From: Sedimentisphaerales bacterium
GTDB lineage: Bacteria > Planctomycetota > Phycisphaerae > Sedimentisphaerales > SM23-30
Reading direction: 5' to 3' (one strand)
DNA length: 64,000 nt
NCBI GenBank assembly: GCA_963666285.1
Contig: OY762711.1
Shown: positions 36,762 to 46,668 of the stretch, piece by piece
Layout: each line of letters starts with the position of its first letter
Numbering within the stretch: the first letter of the stretch is position 1
The notes under the pieces: generated by a model
The model's input: the letters and a program-made list of their open reading frames with translations, nothing else
What the model was told of the DNA's origin: nothing
Database searches by the model: none
Translations under genes and position numbers: made by a program

Positions 36762-39653
36762 ATGAAAGCAAAAAAATGGTTTTTATGTATTTCAATCTTG
36801 TGTTTAATGGGCAGCAGCTTTGCGTTTGGCAGTTCGCCTGTGATTGATGGTTTGATGTTTCATATTGATGCAAGCGAGATTACCGGTCTAAACGATGGAG
36901 ATGCGTTGACGGAATGGCCGGCTACCGCTGGTGATGACCCGACAATCAAAGGCAGCCCAACCCCGACTTATGTTGCGGACAGCGGAAACGGAACCCCGGC
37001 TGTAAGTTTTGTTGGCGGCGACAGTTATTTGAAATTCACCAGGATGACCAATATAAGAACGGTATTCTGGGTAATAAAAGAAAGCGATAATCCAGCAAAC
37101 ACTTTAGGATTCCTTCTAGGTGATGGTTCAGTATATCATTTCCACCGAGCTGACCCTCCAACAGCCCTGTTTAACTCAAATACCCATGAGAATATTACAA
37201 ATGGTATTACAAAGCTAAATGGTCATACGATTGATGGCACACGTGTTAATGCGCCAACAGATCTTTCTGTATTGAGCTTAAGAACTACCGGTGATGTAAT
37301 AGCTGAAAGTTTTTCTAAAGACCGTAGTGAAATGCAAAGAGGATGGGACGGTCAGCTGGCTGAACTACTCATTTATAATCGAGAGTTGACGTCAAAAGAA
37401 GAAGCACTGGTGGGATACTATCTTTCTGAAAAATATGGATTAACTACTAGTTATACAAATCCAGGCACTTTTGTGCAGAATTTAGCTCCGGAAGACGGAA
37501 GTATTGCCTATGATCTTAATGAGACAGAGCTCAGCTGGGCAGGCTATGGAGTTAGCGATCCTGTTTACAAACTGTACTACGATACAGATAGCGATCCGAA
37601 TAATGGTACTATGGTTGAAGTGGCAGGAACTTCACAAACCATTACCTTGGCAGTTGGCCAGCAATACTGGTGGCATGTATCAATGACAGGTGGCGGTACT
37701 ACTATCTGGACGCCGGTTAGTACATTTACTGCTGATGGTAAAGTTGACAGCCCGGCTCCTGCTGATGGTCCTTACCTTGCTTCGCCGGAAACAGCCTTGA
37801 GCTGGCGTGCAATTGATGCGGACGGTGTTAGTTATGATGTTTATTTTGGAACAGATGAAAATCCTCAAAAAATTGCGACAGTATCGGAAGCTACATACAC
37901 ACCTGATCCTGTTCTTGATCCTAATACTGCCTATTACTGGCGTATTGATACTGTACAAAATGGCACTACTATAACCGGAGATGTCTGGAGCTTCACAACT
38001 GGTTACCTTGCAGATTACTGGACATTTGATGGAGACCTGACAAGTTCAATTCCAGATACTGTTAGTTGTACCCGTACTGCTGACCACTTTGCAGAAGGCT
38101 TTATTGGCGAAGGTCAGGCTATAGAATTCCTGAATTCCAGTGATGCAGAAATAGCAAATCCGGCTAAATTCAGTACAGATGATTTTGATCCGGCCGGTAG
38201 CTGGTCATTTAGTTTCTGGGAATACAGCTATGATACAGGCGGCGGTTGGGAGACAATCCTTGGTTGTGGTAGTGATTCCGGTTATGAAGAATTTGAATTT
38301 GGACGATATAACTCTAATCGTTATGTTCTTGGTGTAAATAATTCGTCATATGCAGCCACTGCAAATGATTCAAGTTATCTTCGAGAAGGCTGGCATTGTC
38401 ACGTAATTTCCTATGATGCTCCTACCGAAACAGTAGCCTGGTACATAAATGGCTATCAGGTATTAGCTTATGAGGGTGAGGTAATGGACCTTGGAGATAA
38501 TTATGTATATATCGGTAATGTTAAAAACAATTCACAGCCGTTTATTGGTAAAGTTGATGACTTTAAGGTCTATAACTATCCATTAACTTCCGATCAGGTT
38601 CTGCAGGCTTATATTGATGGTGTAAATGGTGCTCCGATCAATCCTAAGCCGGTTAGCGGCACTACTGGAGTTGCCTGGGATGTTACCCTGGAATGGAGTT
38701 TTGCTGAAGAGCCAATAGCTGTAAGTATAGAGCTTGGCACTCAGGCAGATCTTTCTGATGCAACACCAATTGCCCTGGCAGCAGATGCAACCAGTTTTGA
38801 TGTAACAACAGCACTAGGTAACCTTGCTACTTCTACAGGATATTTCTGGCGGGTAACAGCTACATATTCTGATAAAACTGTTTCGGGGCCAATCTGGTAC
38901 TTTGTTGTTCGTGATCTAGAAGGTGACTTAAATGATGATTTGTCGGTTAATATGGTTGATTTTGGCCAGATTGCCGATAAATGGATGGATGACTCTCATG
39001 TGATTGTCCAGTCTGGTACGAAGTTTAACTTTATTGATCAGGAAGCCTGGGATACAACAGGCGGAGATCCTAATTTAGCTAATTATGATGCCTATGTAGC
39101 TCCGAGCGTTGACTGGGGTGCTTCTGAAATGGTAATTAATACTGATCCTACACCAGGTGATGATAATTATACTCCACCAAGTCAGACATTGGTATGGAGA
39201 ACCACTCAAGGTGACCCAGGCCAACAGCAGCTTGCAGGTATTGTATTCCTGGATAACTATGACTTCAATCAATTTGATAAGTTTGGTGTCTGGGTATATC
39301 AAAGAGACTGTGATGGCAATATGGAATATCGTCCATTGGATATGGACAATAATCGCCCATTCACTCAGACCTTATGGGGCTTTGGTTCTAATAATGATCA
39401 ATGGCATAATTATGAATGGGATATTAATGCTGAAGCCGAATCAAATATCCGTAAGATAGACCTTTGGGTAGGCGATAATGAATTCTCAATAGAGTTTGGC
39501 AATTTCTATCTGTTGAAGGAAGGAGAAGATGTAGAGATGTGTCTGGTAGAAAATGTAATTATTGAGGATTTGAATAGCGACTGCCAGGTCGATATTACTG
39601 ATTTTGAGATTATTGTACAGAATTGGTTGCTGGATGCCAGTAATCCTCAGTAA
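36762..39653 (+). CDS. Secreted multi-LamG/Fn3-like protein with dockerin-like motifs
   Basis: Signal peptide; GQLAELLIYNREL..E...YL..KYG; YDVYFGT, YYWRID, GDVWSFTT; second LamG (GKVDDFKVYNY); GDLNDD.VN..DF and DLNSDCQVDITDF..NWL. Confidence 0.85.
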   Translation: MKAKKWFLCISILCLMGSSFAFGSSPVIDGLMFHIDASEITGLNDGDALTEWPATAGDDPTIKGSPTPTYVADSGNGTPAVSFVGGDSYLKFTRMTNIRTVFWVIKESDNPANTLGFLLGDGSVYHFHRADPPTALFNSNTHENITNGITKLNGHTIDGTRVNAPTDLSVLSLRTTGDVIAESFSKDRSEMQRGWDGQLAELLIYNRELTSKEEALVGYYLSEKYGLTTSYTNPGTFVQNLAPEDGSIAYDLNETELSWAGYGVSDPVYKLYYDTDSDPNNGTMVEVAGTSQTITLAVGQQYWWHVSMTGGGTTIWTPVSTFTADGKVDSPAPADGPYLASPETALSWRAIDADGVSYDVYFGTDENPQKIATVSEATYTPDPVLDPNTAYYWRIDTVQNGTTITGDVWSFTTGYLADYWTFDGDLTSSIPDTVSCTRTADHFAEGFIGEGQAIEFLNSSDAEIANPAKFSTDDFDPAGSWSFSFWEYSYDTGGGWETILGCGSDSGYEEFEFGRYNSNRYVLGVNNSSYAATANDSSYLREGWHCHVISYDAPTETVAWYINGYQVLAYEGEVMDLGDNYVYIGNVKNNSQPFIGKVDDFKVYNYPLTSDQVLQAYIDGVNGAPINPKPVSGTTGVAWDVTLEWSFAEEPIAVSIELGTQADLSDATPIALAADATSFDVTTALGNLATSTGYFWRVTATYSDKTVSGPIWYFVVRDLEGDLNDDLSVNMVDFGQIADKWMDDSHVIVQSGTKFNFIDQEAWDTTGGDPNLANYDAYVAPSVDWGASEMVINTDPTPGDDNYTPPSQTLVWRTTQGDPGQQQLAGIVFLDNYDFNQFDKFGVWVYQRDCDGNMEYRPLDMDNNRPFTQTLWGFGSNNDQWHNYEWDINAEAESNIRKIDLWVGDNEFSIEFGNFYLLKEGEDVEMCLVENVIIEDLNSDCQVDITDFEIIVQNWLLDASNPQ

Positions 39654-39686
39654 ATATTAACTTCTTACTTATTTAGTGTAAACTAT

Positions 39687-39718
39687 GGCCTCCGGTGTAA
39701 AAACCGGGGGCTTTTTTA
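39687..39718 (+). terminator. Intrinsic terminator
   Basis: GGCCTCCGGT-gtaaaa-ACCGGGGGC followed by TTTTTT. Confidence 0.75.
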
Positions 39719-39800
39719 TATGCTTTGCGTTTTAAGCTTATATTTTGTAATGCAAGTAGACATTTTATATGCAATGAGGTTATGGTGCCGGAATATTATA

Positions 39801-39961
39801 GGCAACCTCTGAAAATTCATTTTGAGCGACTAGTTTTTCTTTTGCCTGCTGACATGTGTCACATAAAACAGTAAATATAGCCCAATATGCACTATTTTAT
39901 GTTCCTTGTCAGCAACCAAAATCTTAAACTATCGCATCAGAAGCAATTTCCAGAGGTCACC
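39801..39961 (+). mobile_element. 161-bp palindromic MITE, copy D
   Basis: TATA-GGCAACCTCTGAAAATT...AATTTCCAGAGGTCACC-TATA. Confidence 0.85.
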
Positions 39962-40332
39962 TATATTTGTATGTAAAAGGAATTCCATGAAACTATATTA
40001 AGCCCCCAAAAAGTCAATAATAATGGGGCTTGTTTTATAGATATCCGTGTGCTACAATAACAGCTGATTACTAATAAGGGTATTTCTAAAAATTTATATT
40101 ATCGACAAAAATGATTTGGACTTTTACTTGTTGACTGCGACTTATTATAGTGCTGATATCAGCAATATTTATGACTTTATGTTTGGAGTCAGCCGACAAA
40201 GCAGGATGTTCTAGGATTATATATTTCTTGAGATATTTTGAATATAGTAGTGTGTATAAAGGCGCGTAATTAATGTGGTTAATTATGTGATTGCCTATTC
40301 TATAGTGTCTATATTTTTAAGGAGGTAATGTT

Positions 40333-40935
40333 ATGAAAAAGCTGATCGTTTTAGTGTGTTTGTTTGGGTTTGCTATTGGTGTAAATGCAGGTATGCTTCC
40401 TATAACCAATAGTGGTTTTGAGAGTGGTTTTGCTGACTGGACACAAAACCCAATTGGGGAAGGTTCTACAATATCGATAACTTCGGAAGCATATAGCGGT
40501 AGTTCTGCAGCACTACTGACAACCGATTGGCAGAGCGGAGTTGGTGTAAAAAGCGAAATAATACAAGTTACAACGACTGGCTCGATTACTCCTGGTACCG
40601 CTTATGACTTTGAAATCTATGTAAAAGGTGTAATGGGGGTAGGAGGAGTAGCATGGGCAGAAATTATGTGGTTGGATACAGATGCCAGTGATGGTGGAGG
40701 AGTAAAAGGCAGTAGTGGTTTGATTAATCTTTTTGCCGGGCTTGACAGCAGTAATTATCAACTGAAAGGTGGTACTTACATTGCTGCAGCCGGGGCAGAT
40801 GCGGCGCAAATTTCAATTCGTTGTGAAGGTGGTGCAATGGCAGCGGTCAATACGCTTTATGTTGATGCCGTTCCAGAACCTGCATCATTAGGACTGCTGG
40901 TTATTGGCAGTCTTTTGCTTCGTCGCCAGAGATAA
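40333..40935 (+). CDS. PEP-CTERM protein with CBM4/9-like carbohydrate-binding fold
   Basis: Signal peptide, NSGFESG..W, AYSGS, C-terminal VPEPASLGLLVIGSLLLRRQR. Confidence 0.88.
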   Translation: MKKLIVLVCLFGFAIGVNAGMLPITNSGFESGFADWTQNPIGEGSTISITSEAYSGSSAALLTTDWQSGVGVKSEIIQVTTTGSITPGTAYDFEIYVKGVMGVGGVAWAEIMWLDTDASDGGGVKGSSGLINLFAGLDSSNYQLKGGTYIAAAGADAAQISIRCEGGAMAAVNTLYVDAVPEPASLGLLVIGSLLLRRQR

Positions 40936-40955
40936 ATGAATAAATATCAAATCTG

Positions 40956-40991
40956 AAAAGGCAATCCTGAATATATTGGGATTGTCTTTTT
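40956..40991 (+). terminator. Intrinsic terminator/attenuating hairpin after the PEP-CTERM gene
   Basis: AAAAGGCAATCCTGA-atata-TTGGGATTGTCTTTTT. Confidence 0.65.
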
Positions 40992-41091
40992 GGCATTTTT
41001 ATTAGTAGTAAGTGAAGAAGAGATATATTTTCTATTAATCTATTATATGTTTTGCTTAAATAAGAATAAATCAAAAGTAAAGGGAACTGTT

Positions 41092-44000
41092 ATGTCGTCA
41101 AAATTAACTATTGTTATTATTGCTATTTTATTTTTACAGTATGGTTGTGTGTATTCTGATATTGTATGGAGTGAGGAATTTGATGGAGACGAAATAGATA
41201 AAAATGTCTGGACATATGATGTTGGAGGGCATGGTTTTGGTAACGGCCAGCTCGAATACAATACGGCACGTCGCGAAAATTCTTATATAGAAAATGGCAG
41301 CCTGGTCATTGAAGCACGTCGGGAAAATTATTTTGATAATTCATTTACCTCTGCTCGAATGATGACCCAGGGAAGATTTGCTTTCAAATACGGTACACTT
41401 GAGGCCAGGATAAAATTTCCTGATGTTGCTAATGGACTGTGGCCTGCATTCTGGTTGCTGGGTAATAATTTTTCGGGTGTAACCTGGCCTGAGTGCGGTG
41501 AAACTGATATTGTTGAGATTGGTTCAAAAGCAGGCATTGATGAAGGCGTTCAGAATAAGAAGATCAATGCAGCGATACATTACGATACTGTTGATGATGG
41601 AGTTTTTAACCCGGATACTTATGATTTTGATGCTTCCTGGATTGATGCGGCTGTTGATCTGAACCTCGACTACCACATCTATAAGCTGGAATGGACTCCA
41701 ACTCAAATGACTGTTTCACTGAATGGTGTTCCGTTTTGGTCGTTTGACATTACTGCTGATTATTTACGTGAATTTCATCAGCCATTTTTTCCGATTCTAA
41801 ATATTGCCATTGGAAGTTGGCCTACCGGTTACACCGGGATCTATGATCCGGCAGGCATAACAGCTCCATTTCCCGGGAAAATGTATATTGACTGGATTCG
41901 CCTTGAAGACAATGGATTTACGGAAATCTATATGGGCAAGGACTCTGAAGAAAATGGTACTTTTGGTGTTTTTACCGAGACTATTCCGGTGGATAATGCT
42001 CTTGTTTATGGCGATGATACTGATCCGGAGTTTTATTATGGATCGGACGCAGCTGTGTACCTGTGGGAAAATACTATGACAGAGTCGGTAACTCCATCTG
42101 CGCCCTCAGAGGGAAGTGAATGCTGGACATTTGATGTCAGGGCCGGCGGCTGGTATGGAATGGGTATTTTTCTTCCTAATTTCAGGAATATGAAAAATTA
42201 TTCCGATGGTTTCCTTCATTTTGATATTCAGACAACACTTACCAACGCAATGAAAGTTGGTATTAAAAGTTCACGGGGCGGAGAATTCTGGCTGCCGCTG
42301 GGCGATGAAACCGATGAATTTGGTTTTATTCGTGACGGACAATGGCATTCAGTTACTATTCCGCTTAACCGATATGCAAATACTGATTTTAATACCATTC
42401 ATCAGATATTTATGCTCGCGGCTGATTCTGCTTCCGCTTCATCTGCCATATCGATAGATAATATATATTGGGAGCCGGGAGCGGCAAGCCCCACACCGGC
42501 AAATGGTAATTTCGGTGTTTACACAGAAACTACCGCAAATAAAGATGCCGGAGAATTTGCTCTGGGGGTTGACGGAAACTTTTTTGTATGGGAACACTCC
42601 CTTAATGATACAGCGCAGGCCCCATATGAAGGCAGTGAATGCTTAAGCTTACAATCAGCTGCCGGGCTAAACTGGTTTGGCGCTGCTTTTACACCAAATG
42701 TTAAATATAATCTCAGTGCGTTCAGCTATCCGGAAAGTAAATTACATTTTACGATGAAGACCGGTTCTTCCGTAACGTTCCAAGTTGGAATGAAAAGTGG
42801 AAATATGGATGGGGTTGGCCAGAAATGGATTACTTTTGCTGCCGGTAATGATCCATATGGTTTTGTTCGAGATGGGCAATGGCATGTAGTTGAGATACCT
42901 ATGACCGACATTTCCTCTGAAGTCGATCTTTTCGAGGTCTCTCAGCTCTTCCAGATATTAGGCACGAAGGGACCGGTTTCCGATATTCAGATTGACGATA
43001 TTTGTTTCACCGGTGGCGGTGAACCTTTAATTCCAGGCGGCGGAAGCAGTAACACGCCTCCGTCTGTAAGTATTTCCAGTCCTGCCAATGGGTCTTTTTA
43101 TAATCCGGGAGATGATATTACCATAATTGCCGATGCCGCAGATTCTGACGGTATTATTACCAAAGTGGAATTCCTGGAGGGGCTTAACTTATTAGGAGAA
43201 GATTTGACAAGTCCTTACACTTACACGATCAGTAATGTTTCTGAGGGAGCTTATACAATCAGGGCAAAAGTAACTGACAATGACGATCTTTCACGTACTT
43301 CTTCACCTGTAGCGGTTTATGTGGGAACTCCGCAACTTAGCTCAATCAGTATTTCACCATCAACGGCAACGGTCGAAGAAGGTCGGACCAAACAGTTTGT
43401 CGGAAAGGGCTATGACCAGTTTGGGCTGGAATTTCCGATACCGGCCGGGCTTCTCTGGTCGGTTTCTGATGGTGGAGTAATTGATGATAACGGCTGTTTT
43501 GCTGCTGTGGATGTTGGTGGACCATATACAGTTACAGCAGCAGATGCGGAAAATGGAATCTTAACAGCAGCTTCAACTGTAAATGTATTTGCCGGTGGGA
43601 TTTGTACCGGTCAGTCGGCCAATGGTGAATTTACCTGGGAAGCCAGTGGCATTGCTGACAGTCCTGCGATCACTTTTATTCCTTCGGAAGCCGGTATCGG
43701 AGATAGCCTGTTGATTCTTTACTATTCCCAAAATCCATCAGCTACATTCCCCGGATATATGGCCGAAGCGTCCGTGCCGTTTACAATTCCTAATGTCAGT
43801 CAGGGTGATATCATATACTTCTATTTCACTTATAATACGCCGGAAGGTCAGCATACTACATTGAACGATAAACATGTTTTCCAGGTGGGCAATTGTCCTG
43901 CAATATTAGCCGGTGATTTTGATAAAAATGGCCGGATCGATATGGCTGATTTCGCTCATTTCGCAACTTATTGGATATATTATGATTGTGATGCTGACAA

Positions 44001-44094
44001 TAATTTCTGTGATACCGCCGACTATGCCGAAGATGGAGATGTTGATATTTATGATCTGTATCTGCTTTGCTATAGCTGGATGAAGGTAAATTAA
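41092..44094 (+). CDS. Secreted GH16 beta-1,3-glucanase-like enzyme with duplicated CBM-like domains, Big domains and dockerin-like C-terminus
   Basis: WSEEFDG, GNGQLEYNT, FTSAR, GLWPAFWLLG, catalytic WPECGETDIVE; two repeats ending (F/Y)GF(I/V)RDGQWH; NTPPSVSISSP; GDFDKNGRIDMADF and DYAEDGDVDIYDL..W. Confidence 0.9.
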   Translation: MSSKLTIVIIAILFLQYGCVYSDIVWSEEFDGDEIDKNVWTYDVGGHGFGNGQLEYNTARRENSYIENGSLVIEARRENYFDNSFTSARMMTQGRFAFKYGTLEARIKFPDVANGLWPAFWLLGNNFSGVTWPECGETDIVEIGSKAGIDEGVQNKKINAAIHYDTVDDGVFNPDTYDFDASWIDAAVDLNLDYHIYKLEWTPTQMTVSLNGVPFWSFDITADYLREFHQPFFPILNIAIGSWPTGYTGIYDPAGITAPFPGKMYIDWIRLEDNGFTEIYMGKDSEENGTFGVFTETIPVDNALVYGDDTDPEFYYGSDAAVYLWENTMTESVTPSAPSEGSECWTFDVRAGGWYGMGIFLPNFRNMKNYSDGFLHFDIQTTLTNAMKVGIKSSRGGEFWLPLGDETDEFGFIRDGQWHSVTIPLNRYANTDFNTIHQIFMLAADSASASSAISIDNIYWEPGAASPTPANGNFGVYTETTANKDAGEFALGVDGNFFVWEHSLNDTAQAPYEGSECLSLQSAAGLNWFGAAFTPNVKYNLSAFSYPESKLHFTMKTGSSVTFQVGMKSGNMDGVGQKWITFAAGNDPYGFVRDGQWHVVEIPMTDISSEVDLFEVSQLFQILGTKGPVSDIQIDDICFTGGGEPLIPGGGSSNTPPSVSISSPANGSFYNPGDDITIIADAADSDGIITKVEFLEGLNLLGEDLTSPYTYTISNVSEGAYTIRAKVTDNDDLSRTSSPVAVYVGTPQLSSISISPSTATVEEGRTKQFVGKGYDQFGLEFPIPAGLLWSVSDGGVIDDNGCFAAVDVGGPYTVTAADAENGILTAASTVNVFAGGICTGQSANGEFTWEASGIADSPAITFIPSEAGIGDSLLILYYSQNPSATFPGYMAEASVPFTIPNVSQGDIIYFYFTYNTPEGQHTTLNDKHVFQVGNCPAILAGDFDKNGRIDMADFAHFATYWIYYDCDADNNFCDTADYAEDGDVDIYDLYLLCYSWMKVN

Positions 44095-44136
44095 AATCTA
44101 TATATTTAAGCAGGTCTTTAAGGTAAAGAGACTAAA

Positions 44137-44170
44137 GGGTACCTATGAAATAGTATTTTCAGAGGTACCC
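44137..44170. mobile_element. Collapsed MITE copy F (terminal repeats only)
   Basis: GGGTACCTATGAAA-tagtat-TTTCAGAGGTACCC matches the termini of copies A-E. Confidence 0.6.
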
Positions 44171-44419
44171 TCAATTCATCTTCAGTGTGTAGTTTCCAAT
44201 AGTTAAGAAATCCTTCATTTCGATAAATTGTATACAATTCTATTTGGGGGTCGAGTCGGCAATGTCTCAATTTCTTATAAGATGATCACTTTAATTTGTT
44301 TGGAATACAGTGATAATTTTGTATAATAATCGTCCAATAAGAAAGTATTGTTTATTTTATCTAATTTTTTCAATCATCAAATTGGAATAATGATTGAAAA
44401 TGAAAGGATGTAGAAAGTC

Positions 44420-46585
44420 ATGTCATTTCGATTTCTTTTAATATATTTATTTATGGGCTTACAACCTTGTCTGGCTGCCATTGGACAAGTTGAGCAGGTT
44501 GCCTCAGGTGTCTGGCGGATACGATTTGGCCAGCCGGAAACTTATACTCCTAACCAGTTTCGCGAAAAGGAGATCTGTAAAGAATCACTTTCAAGCTTAC
44601 CTTCGCCTAGTGAATTACCTTTTAACTTAAATGAAATTCAATGTCAGGTCAAACCCGCACGTACGGTTGTTTATATACCATGTAATGAGCCAGACGATCA
44701 GATATACGGTTTCGGGTTGGATAGCGGTGCGTTTGAGCAGAAGGGCCTGCGGAAATATCTGACTGTAAGTGCCCAGTCGATAGAGCGTACAGGCAGTAGT
44801 CACGGCCCGGTTCCTTTCTATGTCAGTACCAAAGGTTACGGTGTTTATGTTGATACAGCGCGGGTACCATTCGTGCATGTTGCCAGGCTGAGTCCTGTTG
44901 GGGCTGCGATAAAAAGTCAGACCAATGAAGATGGTTTGGGAAGAGCATTAAAAACTTCAGTGGAAGAGTTATATGCTGCTCGCTCAGCCGTTGGTCGAAC
45001 CGAGGTTGTTTTTGATTTGCCAGGTTCCAGTGGGGTAGATGTTTACATTTTTGCCGGTCCTGGAATTAAAGAAGCTGTCCAGCGATATAATTTATTTTCC
45101 GGTGGTGGAGTTGTCCCTCCTTTGTGGGGATTGGGTTTGAAATATCGTAATTATACCGGCGGTGACAAGGATTCTGTAATGGATGTTGCTAAGTCATTTC
45201 GTAAGTTTGGTATTCCATGCGATATGATCGGTTTAGAACCTGGTTGGCAGACAGCTGCTTATTCCTGTTCTCTTAAATGGTCAGATGACCGTTTTGCTGA
45301 TCATGATGCTTTTGTGAAAGAGCTTATAAGTTCAGGCTATCGCGTAAATCTTTGGGAACATGCCTACATCCATCCAAGTTCTCCAATATTTGATCAGCTC
45401 ATAGATAAATGTGGAGATTTCCTGGTTTGGGGAGGCTTGGTAATTGATTTTGCCAACCCGGAGGCCTTCAATATATTTTCCGATTATCATGGAAAAACTT
45501 TTATTGACCATGGTATTTCTGGTTTCAAAGCAGATGAGTGCGACAGGGAGTTTATCGACAATGCAACTCCGTTTAACTATCCATACTGTTCTACATTTAG
45601 CTCAGGTATTGATGGTGACCAGATGACTCAAATGTATGGTTATTTGTACCAGCGAAGTATTTTGCGAGCTTTCAAGGAGCGGAACCTTCGTACCTGGAGC
45701 GATGTTCGGGCTACATGTGGTTTAGCATCTCCAATGCCTTTTGTTTTGTATAGTGATTCATACGGCTTTGATGAATATCTTCGGCAGCTGGTGAATGCTT
45801 CATTTACCGGATTATTGTGGTCTCCGGAAGTTCGTGAGGCCGGTTCGCTTGATGAATTGCTTAACCGTGTTGCAATGTCTTCCTTTGCCCATCAAATGTG
45901 TCTGAATCCATGGTATGTCCCCAATCCATTATGGACACAATACGATCGAGGGAAAAATGAACGTGGAGAATTGCTAAGTGAAACAGAGCAAAAAGAAGTA
46001 GCAGAGGCATTCACTAAAATAATCAATCGGCGAATGAGTTTGATCCCATATTTATACGCAGCTTTTTATGAGTATTATTTACACGGTCTTCCTCCGCTTC
46101 GAGCACTGGTAATTGATTTTCCCGATGATATGAATTTGAGAAAAGCCGATGATGCCTTTATGTTTGGTGATTCGCTTTTGGTTGCTCCTTTGAAAGGAAG
46201 AGAAAAGCAGCGGACTGTTTATCTTCCGGCTGGATACAGGTGGTATGATCTTAATGCTGAAATATGGCTGGAAGGTGGAAAGGAAATACAAGTTATCTTA
46301 GAGCCGGGTAATGTGCCATTATTTGTTAAGGAGAATTCAATTGTACCATTTGCCAGGCCAGTTGAGTATGTGGCTGATAATACTGTTTTTGATCTAACCG
46401 TCAAGGTCTTTGGGGATACTCCTGAAGCATTTACTCTATATGCTGACGATGGCGTGACATGGAATTATGAAAAAGGCCAGTATAGCCAAATTAAACTGAG
46501 CTATAAAGATGGCAAGGGAATTGTTCAGGATAAAGGTGTTTACAAGAAAAAACGTTATGAGATAATTAGTTGGGAGCGTAAATGA
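44420..46585 (+). CDS. GH31-family glycoside hydrolase
   Basis: IYGFG, VPFYVSTKGYG, PPLWGLG, IPCD..GLEPGW, DFANPEA, GFKADECD, R.SLIPYLY, FMFGDSLLVAP, VYLP, LYADDG. Confidence 0.88.
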   Translation: MSFRFLLIYLFMGLQPCLAAIGQVEQVASGVWRIRFGQPETYTPNQFREKEICKESLSSLPSPSELPFNLNEIQCQVKPARTVVYIPCNEPDDQIYGFGLDSGAFEQKGLRKYLTVSAQSIERTGSSHGPVPFYVSTKGYGVYVDTARVPFVHVARLSPVGAAIKSQTNEDGLGRALKTSVEELYAARSAVGRTEVVFDLPGSSGVDVYIFAGPGIKEAVQRYNLFSGGGVVPPLWGLGLKYRNYTGGDKDSVMDVAKSFRKFGIPCDMIGLEPGWQTAAYSCSLKWSDDRFADHDAFVKELISSGYRVNLWEHAYIHPSSPIFDQLIDKCGDFLVWGGLVIDFANPEAFNIFSDYHGKTFIDHGISGFKADECDREFIDNATPFNYPYCSTFSSGIDGDQMTQMYGYLYQRSILRAFKERNLRTWSDVRATCGLASPMPFVLYSDSYGFDEYLRQLVNASFTGLLWSPEVREAGSLDELLNRVAMSSFAHQMCLNPWYVPNPLWTQYDRGKNERGELLSETEQKEVAEAFTKIINRRMSLIPYLYAAFYEYYLHGLPPLRALVIDFPDDMNLRKADDAFMFGDSLLVAPLKGREKQRTVYLPAGYRWYDLNAEIWLEGGKEIQVILEPGNVPLFVKENSIVPFARPVEYVADNTVFDLTVKVFGDTPEAFTLYADDGVTWNYEKGQYSQIKLSYKDGKGIVQDKGVYKKKRYEIISWERK

Positions 46586-46668
46586 TACCCTTGACGGTAA
46601 CGTTTCGATTATATTCAGGCATGGCTATATTAATTTGAGACGGGTGCTAACCCATAAACTTAATTGTA

